This document shows positions 15,464-24,828 of a stretch of DNA of 30,683 nucleotides, piece by piece (position 1 is the stretch's first letter; each line of letters starts with the position of its first letter). The notes beneath the pieces were generated by a model, which was given only the letters and a program-made list of their open reading frames with translations, was not told the DNA's origin and ran no database searches. Made by a program: the position numbers and the translations under genes. The DNA comes from a virus (taxonomy: Duplodnaviria > Caudoviricetes), in IMG/VR virus record IMGVR_UViG_3300022852_000105, positions 1 through 30,683 of that record. The stretch is one strand, 5' to 3'.

Positions 15464-15802
15464 TCAGTTGTCTTCGTTAGGTCGTATGCGGGACTCGCCG
15501 TATTCATCAAGATGGCCATACTGGATCCGGTCGTCCTCGGCGAAAATTTCTCGCTGGAAGATCAGGGCCGCAAGCGCGTCATCCTGGAAACTGTGAGCGT
15601 CGTCGGGAAATGCACGTTGGATGAACTCCGCGACCACTTGGCGCTTCGTTTCTCGCAACTCCAAGTCCTCGCCCTCAGGGTCATCAGATTCGGCTTCAAG
15701 GTCCTTTTCCAAGTCGGCGTCTTCGCCGAACTGTTCCACAAACTTGTCAACGCATTCGACATATGCGCCGGATTTACCTACGTGCCAGTCTGGCAGGTCC
15801 AT
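15464..15802 (-). CDS. Highly acidic hypothetical cargo protein (112 aa)
   Basis: GGAG RBS 6 nt before ATG; 33 D/E versus 11 K/R. Confidence 0.7.
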   Translation of the reverse strand: MDLPDWHVGKSGAYVECVDKFVEQFGEDADLEKDLEAESDDPEGEDLELRETKRQVVAEFIQRAFPDDAHSFQDDALAALIFQREIFAEDDRIQYGHLDEYGESRIRPNEDN

Positions 15803-16184
15803 AACAACTCCAAATGGGCTTTTTCGAGGCTAGGCGTAAGCCACGCCTCATGGGATAAATCCCAGCAGAAGGGCGAGCTGGCGGGTTACCGTCTGCTGAC
15901 CTTCAGCCGAGTTTAGGAAACGGGACCACTTCGTGGCACCAAAACTGTGTGGTCGCGTCCAGTTTACAAGGCCGCGATCAAGAGTCCAATTCGACGAATC
16001 ACCGTCCTACTAGCCAGCGCTGCCGAACTGACGAGGTCAACCGATCCATCTCATTCGCACCTGCCGCGTCGAACCTGTCGCAATCCCGATGCAGCGCGCT
16101 GGGCATGGCTTGTGGGGATAGGGGCATCGCCGCCGGGCGGTGTGCAGTAGATAGCACCCGGCAAGAATTCAAGGAGCGCAGCGG

Positions 16185-16508
16185 ATGTACGGAAGGGCGG
16201 GCAGTATCCGGCAGCGCGGGGGAAGCGCGTTCGCGCACCTCTACGGCACGGCGCGATGGCAGCGCACTCGCAACGCACAGCTCGACCGCGAACCGCTGTG
16301 CGTGTTCTGCACGCGTCGCGGCCTGACCGTCCTGGCCAGCGTATGCAACCACGTCAACGGACACCCGGCGGGCGAGACGGAGCAGCAATTCTGGGAAGGC
16401 CCGTTCAATAGCCTCTGCGCCGATTGTCACAACTCCGACCAGGCGCGGCTTGAGCGCGGGGCCAAGCAGATACGCGGAAGCGATGAGGACGGCTGGCCTG
16501 TTGTGTAG
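16185..16508 (+). CDS. Terminase-associated HNH endonuclease (HK97 gp74-like)
   Basis: LYGTARWQRTR..QL.REPLCVFC...NH...SLCADCHNS...DEDGWP; directly upstream of terS. Confidence 0.85.
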   Translation: MYGRAGSIRQRGGSAFAHLYGTARWQRTRNAQLDREPLCVFCTRRGLTVLASVCNHVNGHPAGETEQQFWEGPFNSLCADCHNSDQARLERGAKQIRGSDEDGWPVV

Positions 16509-16589
16509 AGCAGGGCAACGGGTCACCGGTGCAGCTTCGCCGCTCCTGAGGCGTTTCCTGCGGCCTGCGCGGGCATTCGAGGGGTCGCG

Positions 16590-16670
16590 TACCCCCCGGG
16601 GGGGCCGAAAACATACAGGTCGGCTCCGTTCTAGACCGACCGTTCCCGAAAACACGCGCATCCACAATTC
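16590..16670. other. Candidate cos packaging region
   Basis: Between HNH and terS; CCCCCCGGGGGG palindrome at 16592-16603 followed by CTAGACCGACCGTTCCC; exact cut site cannot be determined. Confidence 0.4.
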
Positions 16671-16718
16671 GCCGGACGACCCAAGACAGCCGGCCTTCAC
16701 CTCCAAAACACCGAAAAA

Positions 16719-17108
16719 ATGGCACGTCCCCGACTTCCCGTCCAAAAGGCGGATGCGTCTGGCGCCGCCCTGAAAAATCCTGGGCGGCACGCCGGACGAA
16801 CAAGGCCGAAAGGCACTCGCCCGCTGGGCCTTCCATACAAGCAGATGACTGCCGCGCAGAAAAAGGCGTGGAAAGAGTTCGCCAGCGAGATGTCCTGGTT
16901 GAACTCGTCGCACCGCGTGCTGTTGCGTCTCGCGTGCATATGGGTGGCCCGCATGGATGACCCCGACGCTGACTTCGGCGTGTCGGCTACGCAAGCCCTG
17001 AGTTCGATTCTCTCGAAGCTGGGCGCCACCCCAGTTGATGAATCCAAGGTAGCGCATGACGATGGCGGAGAAGACGACCCGGACGAAAAATTCTTCAAGC
17101 GCGGTTGA
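16719..17108 (+). CDS. terS: Terminase small subunit
   Basis: MARPRLP...G...KNPGR N-terminus, LSKLGATPVDESKV C-terminus; overlaps terL. Confidence 0.85.
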   Translation: MARPRLPVQKADASGAALKNPGRHAGRTRPKGTRPLGLPYKQMTAAQKKAWKEFASEMSWLNSSHRVLLRLACIWVARMDDPDADFGVSATQALSSILSKLGATPVDESKVAHDDGGEDDPDEKFFKRG

Positions 17109-18957
17109 CCGCACACGCGCCTATGCGGACGCGGTGGTGGCGGGCGAAATCGTGGCTGGTCCACACGTGCGCAACGCATGCCGGCGGCATCTACTGGACC
17201 TAGAGAAGGGGCACGAGCGCGGGCTGTACTTCGACCTGGCAGCGGCGGAGTACGCCTTCGGGTTCTTTGAAAACGTGTTGCGCTTGTCGGAGGGGCAGTT
17301 TGACGGCCGCAGGTTCGAGCTGCAGCCGTCCCAAGCCTTTATCGTCGGGTCGCTCTTTGGCTGGAAGCAAGAGGACGGGACGCGGCGCTTTCGTCGGGCG
17401 TACGTCGAACAGGGCAAGGGCAACGGAAAGAGTCCGCTCGCAGGAGGCCTGGGCCTGCTTGGAATGACGGCCGACGACGAGGCCGGCGCGCAGATCTATT
17501 CCGCCGCGGCCAAGAAGGATCAGGCTGGCATTCTGTTTGCCGATGCCGTGAAGATGGTGAAGCAGTCGCCGGCGCTGGCCAAACGTATTGCCTTCGCTGG
17601 CGGAGAGGGGCGCGAGTTCAACATGGCGCACCATGCGAGCGGGAGTTTCTTCCGCCCCGTGTCGCGCGACACCGGCAAGACCGGCTCGGGGCCGCGGCCA
17701 TACTTCGTGCTGGTCGATGAGGTCCACGAACTGCCGGACCGCAAGATCATTGAAATGCTGGAGCGCGGCTTCAAATTCCGTCGCGCGCCGCTGCTGTTCA
17801 TGATCACGAACTCGGGCAGTGACCGCACGTCGGTCTGCTGGGAAGAGCATGAACACGCGGTTAAGGTGGCCGCCGGCCATACTGAAGCGGTCAACGATCC
17901 GAGTTTCGTGGGCGGCGTGATTGATGATCGGACATTCAGCTACGTCTGCGCGCTGGACAAGGGCGACGACCCACTGAATGACCCCAGCTGCTGGATCAAA
18001 GCAAACCCTCTTTTGGGTGTGACGATCACGGAGCAGTACTTGGCCGATGTGGTTGCCCAAGCGAAGGCGCTGCCGGGGGCGCTGAACGGCATCCAGCGGC
18101 TGCACTTCTGCGTGTGGACGGATGCCGAGACAGCGTGGATGACCCGCGAGACGCTGGAACCTGCGCTCTGTGACTTCGACCCTGCGGAGCATCATGGGGA
18201 GCGCGTATACCTGGGCCTGGACCTGTCACAAAACCGCGACATCACTGCCCTGGGCGCTGTAGTCAAAACCGGCACCGTAGATATGGAAGTGACGGTGGAC
18301 GGCGAACGGCGGAGCGTCAGCAAACCGACATACGACGCCTGGATTGAAGCCTGGACGCCGGGCGATACCGTTGCGGCGCGTGAGCTACGCGACAAGCTGC
18401 CCTACAGCGTGTGGATCCGCCAGGCGCATATGCACGCGCCTCAGGGGCAGACGATCAGCTATCGGCACGTCGCGCAGACCGTGGCGGAGTACGACCGCGA
18501 CTACCTCATTGAGTTGGTCGCCTACGACCGCTACGCCTTCAAGAAATTCGAGGAGGATGTGGCGGCGCTGGGACTTAGCGTGCCTTTCGCGGAACACCCG
18601 CAGGGCGGTCTGAAAAAGGGCAAGCCGCTGGAAGCCGCCGTAAAGGCGGCCGAGCGAAGCGGCGCGGCGCCGCCCGAGGGCATGTGGATGCCCGGGTCCG
18701 TGCGGATGCTGGAAGAAGCTCTGCTGGAAGGGCGCATCCGCTTGCGCAGAAGCCCGGTTCTGGTGTCCGCGATGATGTCCGCGGTTGCGGAAGAGGACAA
18801 ATGGGGCAATCACTGGTTATCCAAGCTGCGGTCGGTCAACAAGATCGATGCCGCCGTTGCGTTGGCGATGGCCATCGGCGCCGCAAACGCTGTGGTCGAG
18901 GAATCGACCTCTCTGGATGACTACCTTGCAAACGGATTTTTTGGGTTGATCGGCTAA
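17056..18957 (+). CDS. terL: Terminase large subunit
   Basis: RRFRRAY, Walker A GKGNGKS, Walker B LVDEVHE, W.KANP.LG, nuclease GLDLS and KIDAAVALAMA. Confidence 0.96.
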   Translation: MTMAEKTTRTKNSSSAVDRTRAYADAVVAGEIVAGPHVRNACRRHLLDLEKGHERGLYFDLAAAEYAFGFFENVLRLSEGQFDGRRFELQPSQAFIVGSLFGWKQEDGTRRFRRAYVEQGKGNGKSPLAGGLGLLGMTADDEAGAQIYSAAAKKDQAGILFADAVKMVKQSPALAKRIAFAGGEGREFNMAHHASGSFFRPVSRDTGKTGSGPRPYFVLVDEVHELPDRKIIEMLERGFKFRRAPLLFMITNSGSDRTSVCWEEHEHAVKVAAGHTEAVNDPSFVGGVIDDRTFSYVCALDKGDDPLNDPSCWIKANPLLGVTITEQYLADVVAQAKALPGALNGIQRLHFCVWTDAETAWMTRETLEPALCDFDPAEHHGERVYLGLDLSQNRDITALGAVVKTGTVDMEVTVDGERRSVSKPTYDAWIEAWTPGDTVAARELRDKLPYSVWIRQAHMHAPQGQTISYRHVAQTVAEYDRDYLIELVAYDRYAFKKFEEDVAALGLSVPFAEHPQGGLKKGKPLEAAVKAAERSGAAPPEGMWMPGSVRMLEEALLEGRIRLRRSPVLVSAMMSAVAEEDKWGNHWLSKLRSVNKIDAAVALAMAIGAANAVVEESTSLDDYLANGFFGLIG

Positions 18958-20183
18958 TGGCTAAAACACGTTGGTACAACCCGCTCACCTGGCGCATGTT
19001 CGGGTTCAACGACCCGCAGACAGGGGATTTCGTTGAAGTGGACCTTGAGGTGGGCGGGCGCAATACGGGGGCGGGCGTACGCATCACCGCAAAAAATGCC
19101 GTGGGCATCCCCATCGTATGGTCGTGCGTGAAGATCCTCAGCGAGTCAGTCTCGGGGCTTCCATTGCCGCTCTATGACGAGGCCACGGGCCGCAGAGCCC
19201 TACCTGACAGCGCAGTCCGAAAGCGCGCATTGCGGCTTCTGCGCAAGCCCAATCCGTACATGACGCGGTTGAACTTCCTGAAATGCGCCATCATCAATAT
19301 GGCGCTGGTCGGCAACAGCTACAACCTGATCGAGCGCTCCAGCACAGGTGAATGGATCGGCGTTACGCCCGTTCCCTGGAGTGCCGTGGAGATCGACACT
19401 GACACCGCAGAGCTGCTGTACTGGGTGACGCTGGATGGCAAGCGCTTCCCGGTCTCCCCGGAGAACATGCTGCATTTCAAACTGTTCAGTTCGGACGGCA
19501 TCTGCGGCATGTCCCCGGTCGAGCACCAGGCAGAGACCATGGGATTGGCCAAGGCGGCACAGGACTGGTCGGCGCGCTTCATGCGCAAGGGTGGTTTCAC
19601 TGGCGGGTACGTGATCTACGAGCAGTTCCTGACGAAGGAACAGCAAGCGCAGGTCATGGAGAAGTTTCCGGACGTGCGCAAAGCCGACACGGCGGACGTG
19701 GGCAAGGTGGCGATCCTTCAGGGCAATCCGAAGATCGTTCCCGCCGGCCTCAGCCAGAAGGACTCGCAGTTCATCGAGTCGCAACAGTTTCAAGAGGAGG
19801 CGCTCGCCGGCATCTGGGGCGTGCCCCTCTGGCTGGCGAACCGGGCCGGCAAGACTTCCATCATGGGGTCCAACCTCGAACAGCAGAAAAGCGGCTTTGT
19901 GACCTTCGGGCTGAAGCCGTACATCGATGCCATCGAGGACGAGATCAACGACAAGCTCTTTGCGGGCACCGGCCTGTATGTGGAGTTCATTGTTGAAGGC
20001 CTGCTGCGCGCCGATAGCGCTGCGCGGTCGCAGTATTTTCAGGCCGCGCTTGGCGGCTCGAACGGGTCCGGCTGGATGACCATCAACGAAGTACGAAAGA
20101 AAGAAAACTTGGAACCGCTCCAAGGGCCGGAATATGACCAGGTCACGCGGTGGGAGATGAAGCCAAATGCTCAGCAAAGTTGA
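18957..20183 (+). CDS. Portal protein, HK97 family
   Basis: VWSCVKILSESVSGLP, KPNPYMT, GNSY, GMSP, LLRAD, GWMTINEVRKKENL. Confidence 0.96.
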   Translation: MAKTRWYNPLTWRMFGFNDPQTGDFVEVDLEVGGRNTGAGVRITAKNAVGIPIVWSCVKILSESVSGLPLPLYDEATGRRALPDSAVRKRALRLLRKPNPYMTRLNFLKCAIINMALVGNSYNLIERSSTGEWIGVTPVPWSAVEIDTDTAELLYWVTLDGKRFPVSPENMLHFKLFSSDGICGMSPVEHQAETMGLAKAAQDWSARFMRKGGFTGGYVIYEQFLTKEQQAQVMEKFPDVRKADTADVGKVAILQGNPKIVPAGLSQKDSQFIESQQFQEEALAGIWGVPLWLANRAGKTSIMGSNLEQQKSGFVTFGLKPYIDAIEDEINDKLFAGTGLYVEFIVEGLLRADSAARSQYFQAALGGSNGSGWMTINEVRKKENLEPLQGPEYDQVTRWEMKPNAQQS

Positions 20184-20814
20184 ATGCCCGTTCGAAGTCA
20201 AGGCGGTGGATGACAAGGGCAACTTCGAGGGATACGCCTCCGTCTTTAACAACGTGGACCTCGGAGACGACATCATCCTCCCCGGCGCCTTCGTCAAAGT
20301 GAAGACCACCAGATCGGGCCAGCTCAAGCTGGCCCTTTTTCATGACCTGCGCAAGCTGATCGGCACCGCCAGCTACACGCAGGATTCGCACGGCCTGCAC
20401 TTGCAGGGCAAGGTCAACCTGAACGTCAGCTACGCGAAGGACGCATACGAGCTGATGCGCGACGGTGGACCGCTGGATTCCATGTCCATCGGCTTCAACA
20501 CGATCACCGCGGCTTACGAGGAGCGCTCCGGGCGCACCGTCCGCGTGATCAAGGAGGCCGAGCTGTGGGAAGCCTCCCTGGTGCCATTCGGGATGAACCC
20601 CGAGGCGCAGATTACCAGCGTGAAATCCGATATCCGGATGTTTGAAAACGCCCTGCGTGACCGCATGGGCCTGTCCCAAAAGGAGGCGGCAGCAGTTGCC
20701 TCCCTCGGCTTCCCCGCCATCCACCGTGACGGTGGACCGGCGGACACGGTGATCGTGGACGAGCTGAAGAACCTCTCTCAATTTTTCGAAAGCCAATTTG
20801 GAGCGTCTCTATGA
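20167..20814 (+). CDS. Prohead protease, HK97 family
   Basis: FEGYASVFNNVDLGDDIILPGAF, HD...IG, MSIGF, LWEASLV. Confidence 0.95.
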   Translation: MLSKVECPFEVKAVDDKGNFEGYASVFNNVDLGDDIILPGAFVKVKTTRSGQLKLALFHDLRKLIGTASYTQDSHGLHLQGKVNLNVSYAKDAYELMRDGGPLDSMSIGFNTITAAYEERSGRTVRVIKEAELWEASLVPFGMNPEAQITSVKSDIRMFENALRDRMGLSQKEAAAVASLGFPAIHRDGGPADTVIVDELKNLSQFFESQFGASL

Positions 20815-22013
20815 CCACCGATGTGAAAGAAATGCGTGATTCCCTGGAAAAGCAGCTGAAGGATGGCTTTGCCGGCCTGCAGCAGAAGTACGACAAGGCG
20901 TCCGAAGCCATCCAGAAGGGCGAGACCGTCACCGCCGATCTGAAGTCCGCCATCGAAAACCAGAAGGGCGAGCTGCAGAAGGTCGTCGACCAGGTGATGG
21001 AACTGCAAGAAAAGGGAGTGCAACTGCGCGGCCGCCAGCCTGAGAAGAAGGGCTTCATCGACTTCGTGAAGGACCACGGCGAATACAAGTCGCTTCGCGA
21101 AAACGGCAAGTCCGTCGCCGAGATCGAAGTTTCCAAGGGCGACATGGCCGCCATGCAGGAAACCAAGGTCACCAGCGCCGGCATCGTGCCGCCGAACTTC
21201 GATCCCACCATCCAGGCCGCCCCGCGCCAAGAACTGCGCATCCGCGACCTCATTCCCTCGGTGCAGGTTACGGGTCAGAGCTTCACCTACTACAAGGAGC
21301 TGCTGCACACCCGCGGCGCCGCTCCCGTGGCCGAAGGCGGCACCAAGCCGCAGAGCAACGTGACCTTCGAGTCCAAGACGGATCTGGTCAAGAAGCTGGC
21401 GGTCTGGATTCCGGTGTCGGACGAAGCCCTGGACGACGTTCCCCAGTTGTTCGGCTACCTGCAGCAGCTGCTGCGCTACGACCTGAAGCTGGAAGAAGAA
21501 GAGCAGATCCTGAAGGGGGACGGCACGGGCAACAACTTGCCGGGCATCATGACGCAGGCCACCGCGTTCAATGCGTCGCTCGGGAAGTCGGGTGACACGG
21601 CTATCGATACGGTGCGCCGTGCCATCTACCAGGTGCGCAAGCAGGCCAAGCTTGCCGCGGACGCCACGGTCATGACCGAACTGGATTGGATGAATATTGA
21701 GCTGCAGAAGGACGCGCAGAACCGCTACCTGTTCGCCAACCTTCAAGGCTTCGTGACCCCGATCCTCTGGGGCCGTCCGGTGATCACGTCCGACAGCATG
21801 GACGAAGGGAACGGAACCGACACCGGGGGCGAGTTCCTGGTGGGCAACTTCCAACGCGGCGCCACGATCTACGACCGCATGTCCTTCCTGTTCAAGGTCG
21901 GCATGATCAACGACGACTTCATCAAGAACCAGCGCGCGCTGTTGGTTGAAGAGCGTCTGGGCCTGGCCGTGCGCCGCAACTATGCCTTCGTGAAGGGCAC
22001 CTTCGAGGCGTAA
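20811..22013 (+). CDS. Major capsid protein, HK97 fold with N-terminal delta domain
   Basis: Coiled-coil N-terminus, LRIRDLIP, VAEGGTKP, EEEQILKGDGTG, ILWGRPV, EERLGLAV. Confidence 0.96.
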   Translation: MTTDVKEMRDSLEKQLKDGFAGLQQKYDKASEAIQKGETVTADLKSAIENQKGELQKVVDQVMELQEKGVQLRGRQPEKKGFIDFVKDHGEYKSLRENGKSVAEIEVSKGDMAAMQETKVTSAGIVPPNFDPTIQAAPRQELRIRDLIPSVQVTGQSFTYYKELLHTRGAAPVAEGGTKPQSNVTFESKTDLVKKLAVWIPVSDEALDDVPQLFGYLQQLLRYDLKLEEEEQILKGDGTGNNLPGIMTQATAFNASLGKSGDTAIDTVRRAIYQVRKQAKLAADATVMTELDWMNIELQKDAQNRYLFANLQGFVTPILWGRPVITSDSMDEGNGTDTGGEFLVGNFQRGATIYDRMSFLFKVGMINDDFIKNQRALLVEERLGLAVRRNYAFVKGTFEA

Positions 22014-22060
22014 GCCATCGGCGGGGGAGGGTCCTACGGCTCTCCCCTCAGGGAGAAGAC

Positions 22061-22360
22061 ATGAAGATCAAAGCAATCTGGGGCTTTCGCGGCGACGCGG
22101 CAAAGCTGGGTGCGGGCACCGGTCGCGTGCGAGCGGGAGACACGTTCTCCGAAGTCGACCCTGAGTACGGTCATTCGCTGATCGGCAAAGGGTTGGTGGC
22201 GGAGATCGAGGACGGTGGCGAGGGCGGCGGTAAGCGGCCTTCCCACGGCCTCAACGTCGCACAGTTGAAAAAAGCCCTCACCGAGAAGGAAATCGCCATC
22301 CCTGAAGGCGCGGACAAAGCTGCACTCGCGGCACTGCTGGACGAAGCGGGGGCGCAGTGA
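22061..22360 (+). CDS. Small capsid-adjacent protein with C-terminal HeH/SAP-like motif
   Basis: LNVAQLKKALTEKEIAIPEGADKAALAALL; GGAG RBS; stop overlaps the next gene. Confidence 0.75.
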   Translation: MKIKAIWGFRGDAAKLGAGTGRVRAGDTFSEVDPEYGHSLIGKGLVAEIEDGGEGGGKRPSHGLNVAQLKKALTEKEIAIPEGADKAALAALLDEAGAQ

Positions 22361-22659
22361 TGGACCTGGGCCTGGTGAAGCAACACCTTCGCTTGAATCT
22401 GTCCGATGCGACCGAGGACGCGCTGATCCAGGACTACATCGACAGCGCGCTGGCCCACGTGGAGCAGCATTGCGACCGAAAGATCGTGGATGCCCCGGCC
22501 AACGCCGGGGAAATGGCGCTGACGAAAGACGTGGAGCAGGCAGTCAAGCTGCTGGTGGGACATTGGTACAGCAACCGTGAGGCCGCGGTTGTCGGCGCGG
22601 TCTCCAATGACGTCGCCCTGGGTGTCGAGCGCCTGCTCTGGTATCGCAAGCAATTCTAG
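22357..22659 (+). CDS. Head-tail connector, HK97 gp6-like
   Basis: LVKQHLRL...EDALIQDYIDSA...QAVKLLVGHWYSNREA. Confidence 0.92.
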   Translation: MMDLGLVKQHLRLNLSDATEDALIQDYIDSALAHVEQHCDRKIVDAPANAGEMALTKDVEQAVKLLVGHWYSNREAAVVGAVSNDVALGVERLLWYRKQF

Positions 22660-22668
22660 GGGGGCGCC

Positions 22669-23001
22669 ATGTTGCGAGCAGGAAGCTTGAATTGCCGCGT
22701 GACTATCCAGCGGCAGGAGCGTGTTCGTGCTGGGGGCGGTCAAGTCGTCGGGCAGTGGGTCGACCACGACACGGTGTGGGCAAACTTTCGCCGTCCGTCT
22801 GGCTTGGGCGCGATCAAGGCTGACGCCGATGTTTCCCTGCTGAAGGCAAGCGTGCGTATCCGGTACCGCACCGACATTTCGGACGCGATGCGGATTGTGT
22901 ACGCGGGCGCGGTATTCGACATCAAGGCCGTGATACCCGATCTGGATCGTCGCGAACATGTCGATTTGGTCTGTCAATCCGTACCGGGGGCGATGCCATG
23001 A
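22669..23001 (+). CDS. Head closure / head-tail adaptor protein
   Basis: AGSLNCRVTIQ...W....TVWA...IRYRTDI...MRIVY....FDIKAV. Confidence 0.9.
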   Translation: MLRAGSLNCRVTIQRQERVRAGGGQVVGQWVDHDTVWANFRRPSGLGAIKADADVSLLKASVRIRYRTDISDAMRIVYAGAVFDIKAVIPDLDRREHVDLVCQSVPGAMP

Positions 23002-23426
23002 AACTCACTTTCGAGATGGACGGCGACCCGGTGGCGGGGCTGAGCCGCTTCGCTGAGGCCATCGAGCAGCGCGTCGTGCGTCCAGCCGCTCACGCTGGCG
23101 CCTTGGTCTTTTACGAGCGGGCGCGCGAGCTTGCGCCGGAATACATCGGGCCGCCCAAGAGCGGCATCAAGCCCGGCCAGCTACGCGCGGCGATCTATCG
23201 CGTCTTCTCCGAAGACCGATCCAGCGACCACGCCAAGATTTACCAGATCAGCTGGAACCACACCAAGGCACCCCACGGCTATTGGATGGAGTACGGGAAC
23301 AGCCGGCATGGGCCGAAGGCGTTTATTCGGCCTGCGTTTGACTTTTATGAGAGGGCGTTGCGGGCATCGCGGGAACGAGCCCGCGCACTGATCGCGGAGA
23401 TCTCGGCGGAGCAATCGCATGGTTGA
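22998..23426 (+). CDS. HK97 gp10-like neck/tail-completion protein
   Basis: AP.....GQLRAAI...HGYWMEYG......AFIRPAFD. Confidence 0.85.
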   Translation: MKLTFEMDGDPVAGLSRFAEAIEQRVVRPAAHAGALVFYERARELAPEYIGPPKSGIKPGQLRAAIYRVFSEDRSSDHAKIYQISWNHTKAPHGYWMEYGNSRHGPKAFIRPAFDFYERALRASRERARALIAEISAEQSHG

Positions 23427-23769
23427 AGACGACATTCGCTCGGTCCTCGGCCCCCTAGTGGGCGACGAGGTATATCCGGGTGTCGCGCCGGATGACGCCG
23501 GGCAGCCGCGTATCACCTATCACTGGGTCGGCGGCAAGCCGCTCAACTTCTTGGAGGGTGTGCCTGACCTGCGCAACGGTCGGTTGCAGATCGACGTATG
23601 GGCTCTGCTGGACCAGGACGCCGCCCGCATCGTCCGCCAGGCCGAGGACGCTTTGCGCCTCAGCCCGGTGCTACGCGCCACCACCGAAAGCGGTGCGCTG
23701 TCCGATCACGAGCCCGACACCAAGCTGTACGCGAGAAAGCAGACCTTCTCAATCTGGTTCAAAGACTAG
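23419..23769 (+). CDS. Tail terminator protein (DUF3168-like)
   Basis: VYPGVAP.....PRITY..VGG...RLQIDVWA; precedes the tail tube gene. Confidence 0.85.
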   Translation: MVEDDIRSVLGPLVGDEVYPGVAPDDAGQPRITYHWVGGKPLNFLEGVPDLRNGRLQIDVWALLDQDAARIVRQAEDALRLSPVLRATTESGALSDHEPDTKLYARKQTFSIWFKD

Positions 23770-23790
23770 CCCGCCCTGGGCTTTCAACAC

Positions 23791-23818
23791 AGCCGCCTCC
23801 GGGCGGCTTTACTTTTTT
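23791..23818 (+). terminator. Hairpin / weak terminator before the tail tube gene
   Basis: AGCCGCC-TCCG-GGCGGCT followed by TTACTTTTT. Confidence 0.6.
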
Positions 23819-23829
23819 AGGAGGCCCAA

Positions 23830-24480
23830 ATGGGCGTGAAACTTCCGAACGGCGCAATCTTCTCGGTTGCGAAGACCTATGCCGCGGCTGCGGTCGTGAC
23901 CGCTGTGACCAATGCCCTGCCGGCGGTCGCCACGGCGGCAGGGCATGGCGCGGCCGATGGCGATATCGTGGAGATGGTGTCCGGCTGGACGGCGCTCGAT
24001 GGCCGTATCGCTCGCGCAGATGCCGTGACGACTGACAGCCTCGAGCTGGAGGACATCGATACCACGGATCTCAAGCGTTATCCCGCGGGCACTGGTGGCG
24101 GCAGCGTGCGCCGGATCACCGACTGGACGCAGATCTCGCAGATCATGGAATCGGCGAGCCAGGGCGGCGAGCAGCAGTTCTACAGCTACTCCTTCCTGGA
24201 AGACACCGGCGACGAGCGACAGATCCCGACTACGCGCAGCGCGCGGTCGATCACCCTCACGATTGCCGACGACGACACGCTGCCGCACTACGCGGTGCTG
24301 AAGGCCGCCAACGATGACCGCGAACCGCGCGTGATCCGGTTCCAACTGCCCAACGGCTCGGTCATCTACTTCCGCGCCTATGTCTCGTTCAGCGAGATGC
24401 CCACCACCACCAAGAACGAAGCCATGACGCTGCAGGTCACCCTGTCGCTGACTGGTGCACCGACCCGCTACGCGGCGTAA
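23830..24480 (+). CDS. Major tail tube protein
   Basis: LPNGA...TNALPAVAT...SGW..LDGR...GGEQQF....FLED...RQIPT; position in the tail module. Confidence 0.88.
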   Translation: MGVKLPNGAIFSVAKTYAAAAVVTAVTNALPAVATAAGHGAADGDIVEMVSGWTALDGRIARADAVTTDSLELEDIDTTDLKRYPAGTGGGSVRRITDWTQISQIMESASQGGEQQFYSYSFLEDTGDERQIPTTRSARSITLTIADDDTLPHYAVLKAANDDREPRVIRFQLPNGSVIYFRAYVSFSEMPTTTKNEAMTLQVTLSLTGAPTRYAA

Positions 24481-24489
24481 GGATCCCTC

Positions 24490-24828
24490 ATGTCGAAAAA
24501 GATCGAAGAACAGGCTTTCTCCCTGGACGCGCCGGCGACTTTCCCTGCCGTCGTGGACATTCCGCGGCCCGGCATGGAACCGGCGCCGCTGCGCCTGGTG
24601 TTTCGCCACATGACCGGCGAGCAACTCAACGCCTGGCTGGCTGGCTCCAAGGAGGCGAAGAGCGACGCCGAATGGCTGGCCGGCATTGTCGACGGCTGGG
24701 AGGGCGTGAACGCGGAGTTCTCCGTGGATGCTTTGGCAAAGCTGGTCAACAACTACCACGCGCCGGCGGTCACCGCCATCGTGGACAAGTTCCTGGCCGA
24801 ACTGACTGAGGTGCGACGGGGAAACTGA
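24490..24828 (+). CDS. Tail assembly chaperone (gpG-like)
   Basis: Between tube and tape measure; ends in the slippery G GGA AAC TGA. Confidence 0.85.
   Translation: MSKKIEEQAFSLDAPATFPAVVDIPRPGMEPAPLRLVFRHMTGEQLNAWLAGSKEAKSDAEWLAGIVDGWEGVNAEFSVDALAKLVNNYHAPAVTAIVDKFLAELTEVRRGN

Noticed and set aside
14868-15596. 242-aa ORF as a single real protein
   Set aside because: Sequence after ELDH is out-of-frame read-through; the HNH motif continues in another frame
18801-18809. Third ATGGGGCAA match to the arm-type repeat
   Set aside because: Partial match inside terL coding sequence (KWGN), far from att; likely chance
3869-22013. Phage satellite (PICI/cf-PICI/P4-like), suggested by AlpA, a c4-like RNA, a primase-helicase and HK97 head genes
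   Set aside because: A full tail module, cI/cro switch and Q/pR' are present and the element exceeds 29 kb, which fits a complete prophage
22024-22047. Hairpin after the major capsid gene as a terminator
   Set aside because: No U-tract; more likely an mRNA-stability hairpin, common at this position
15999-24759. Long antisense ORFs (e.g. 15999-17114, 17200-18195, 19200-20327, 20778-21854, 23809-24759)
   Set aside because: Shadow frames of well-supported plus-strand genes in high-GC DNA, with no motifs
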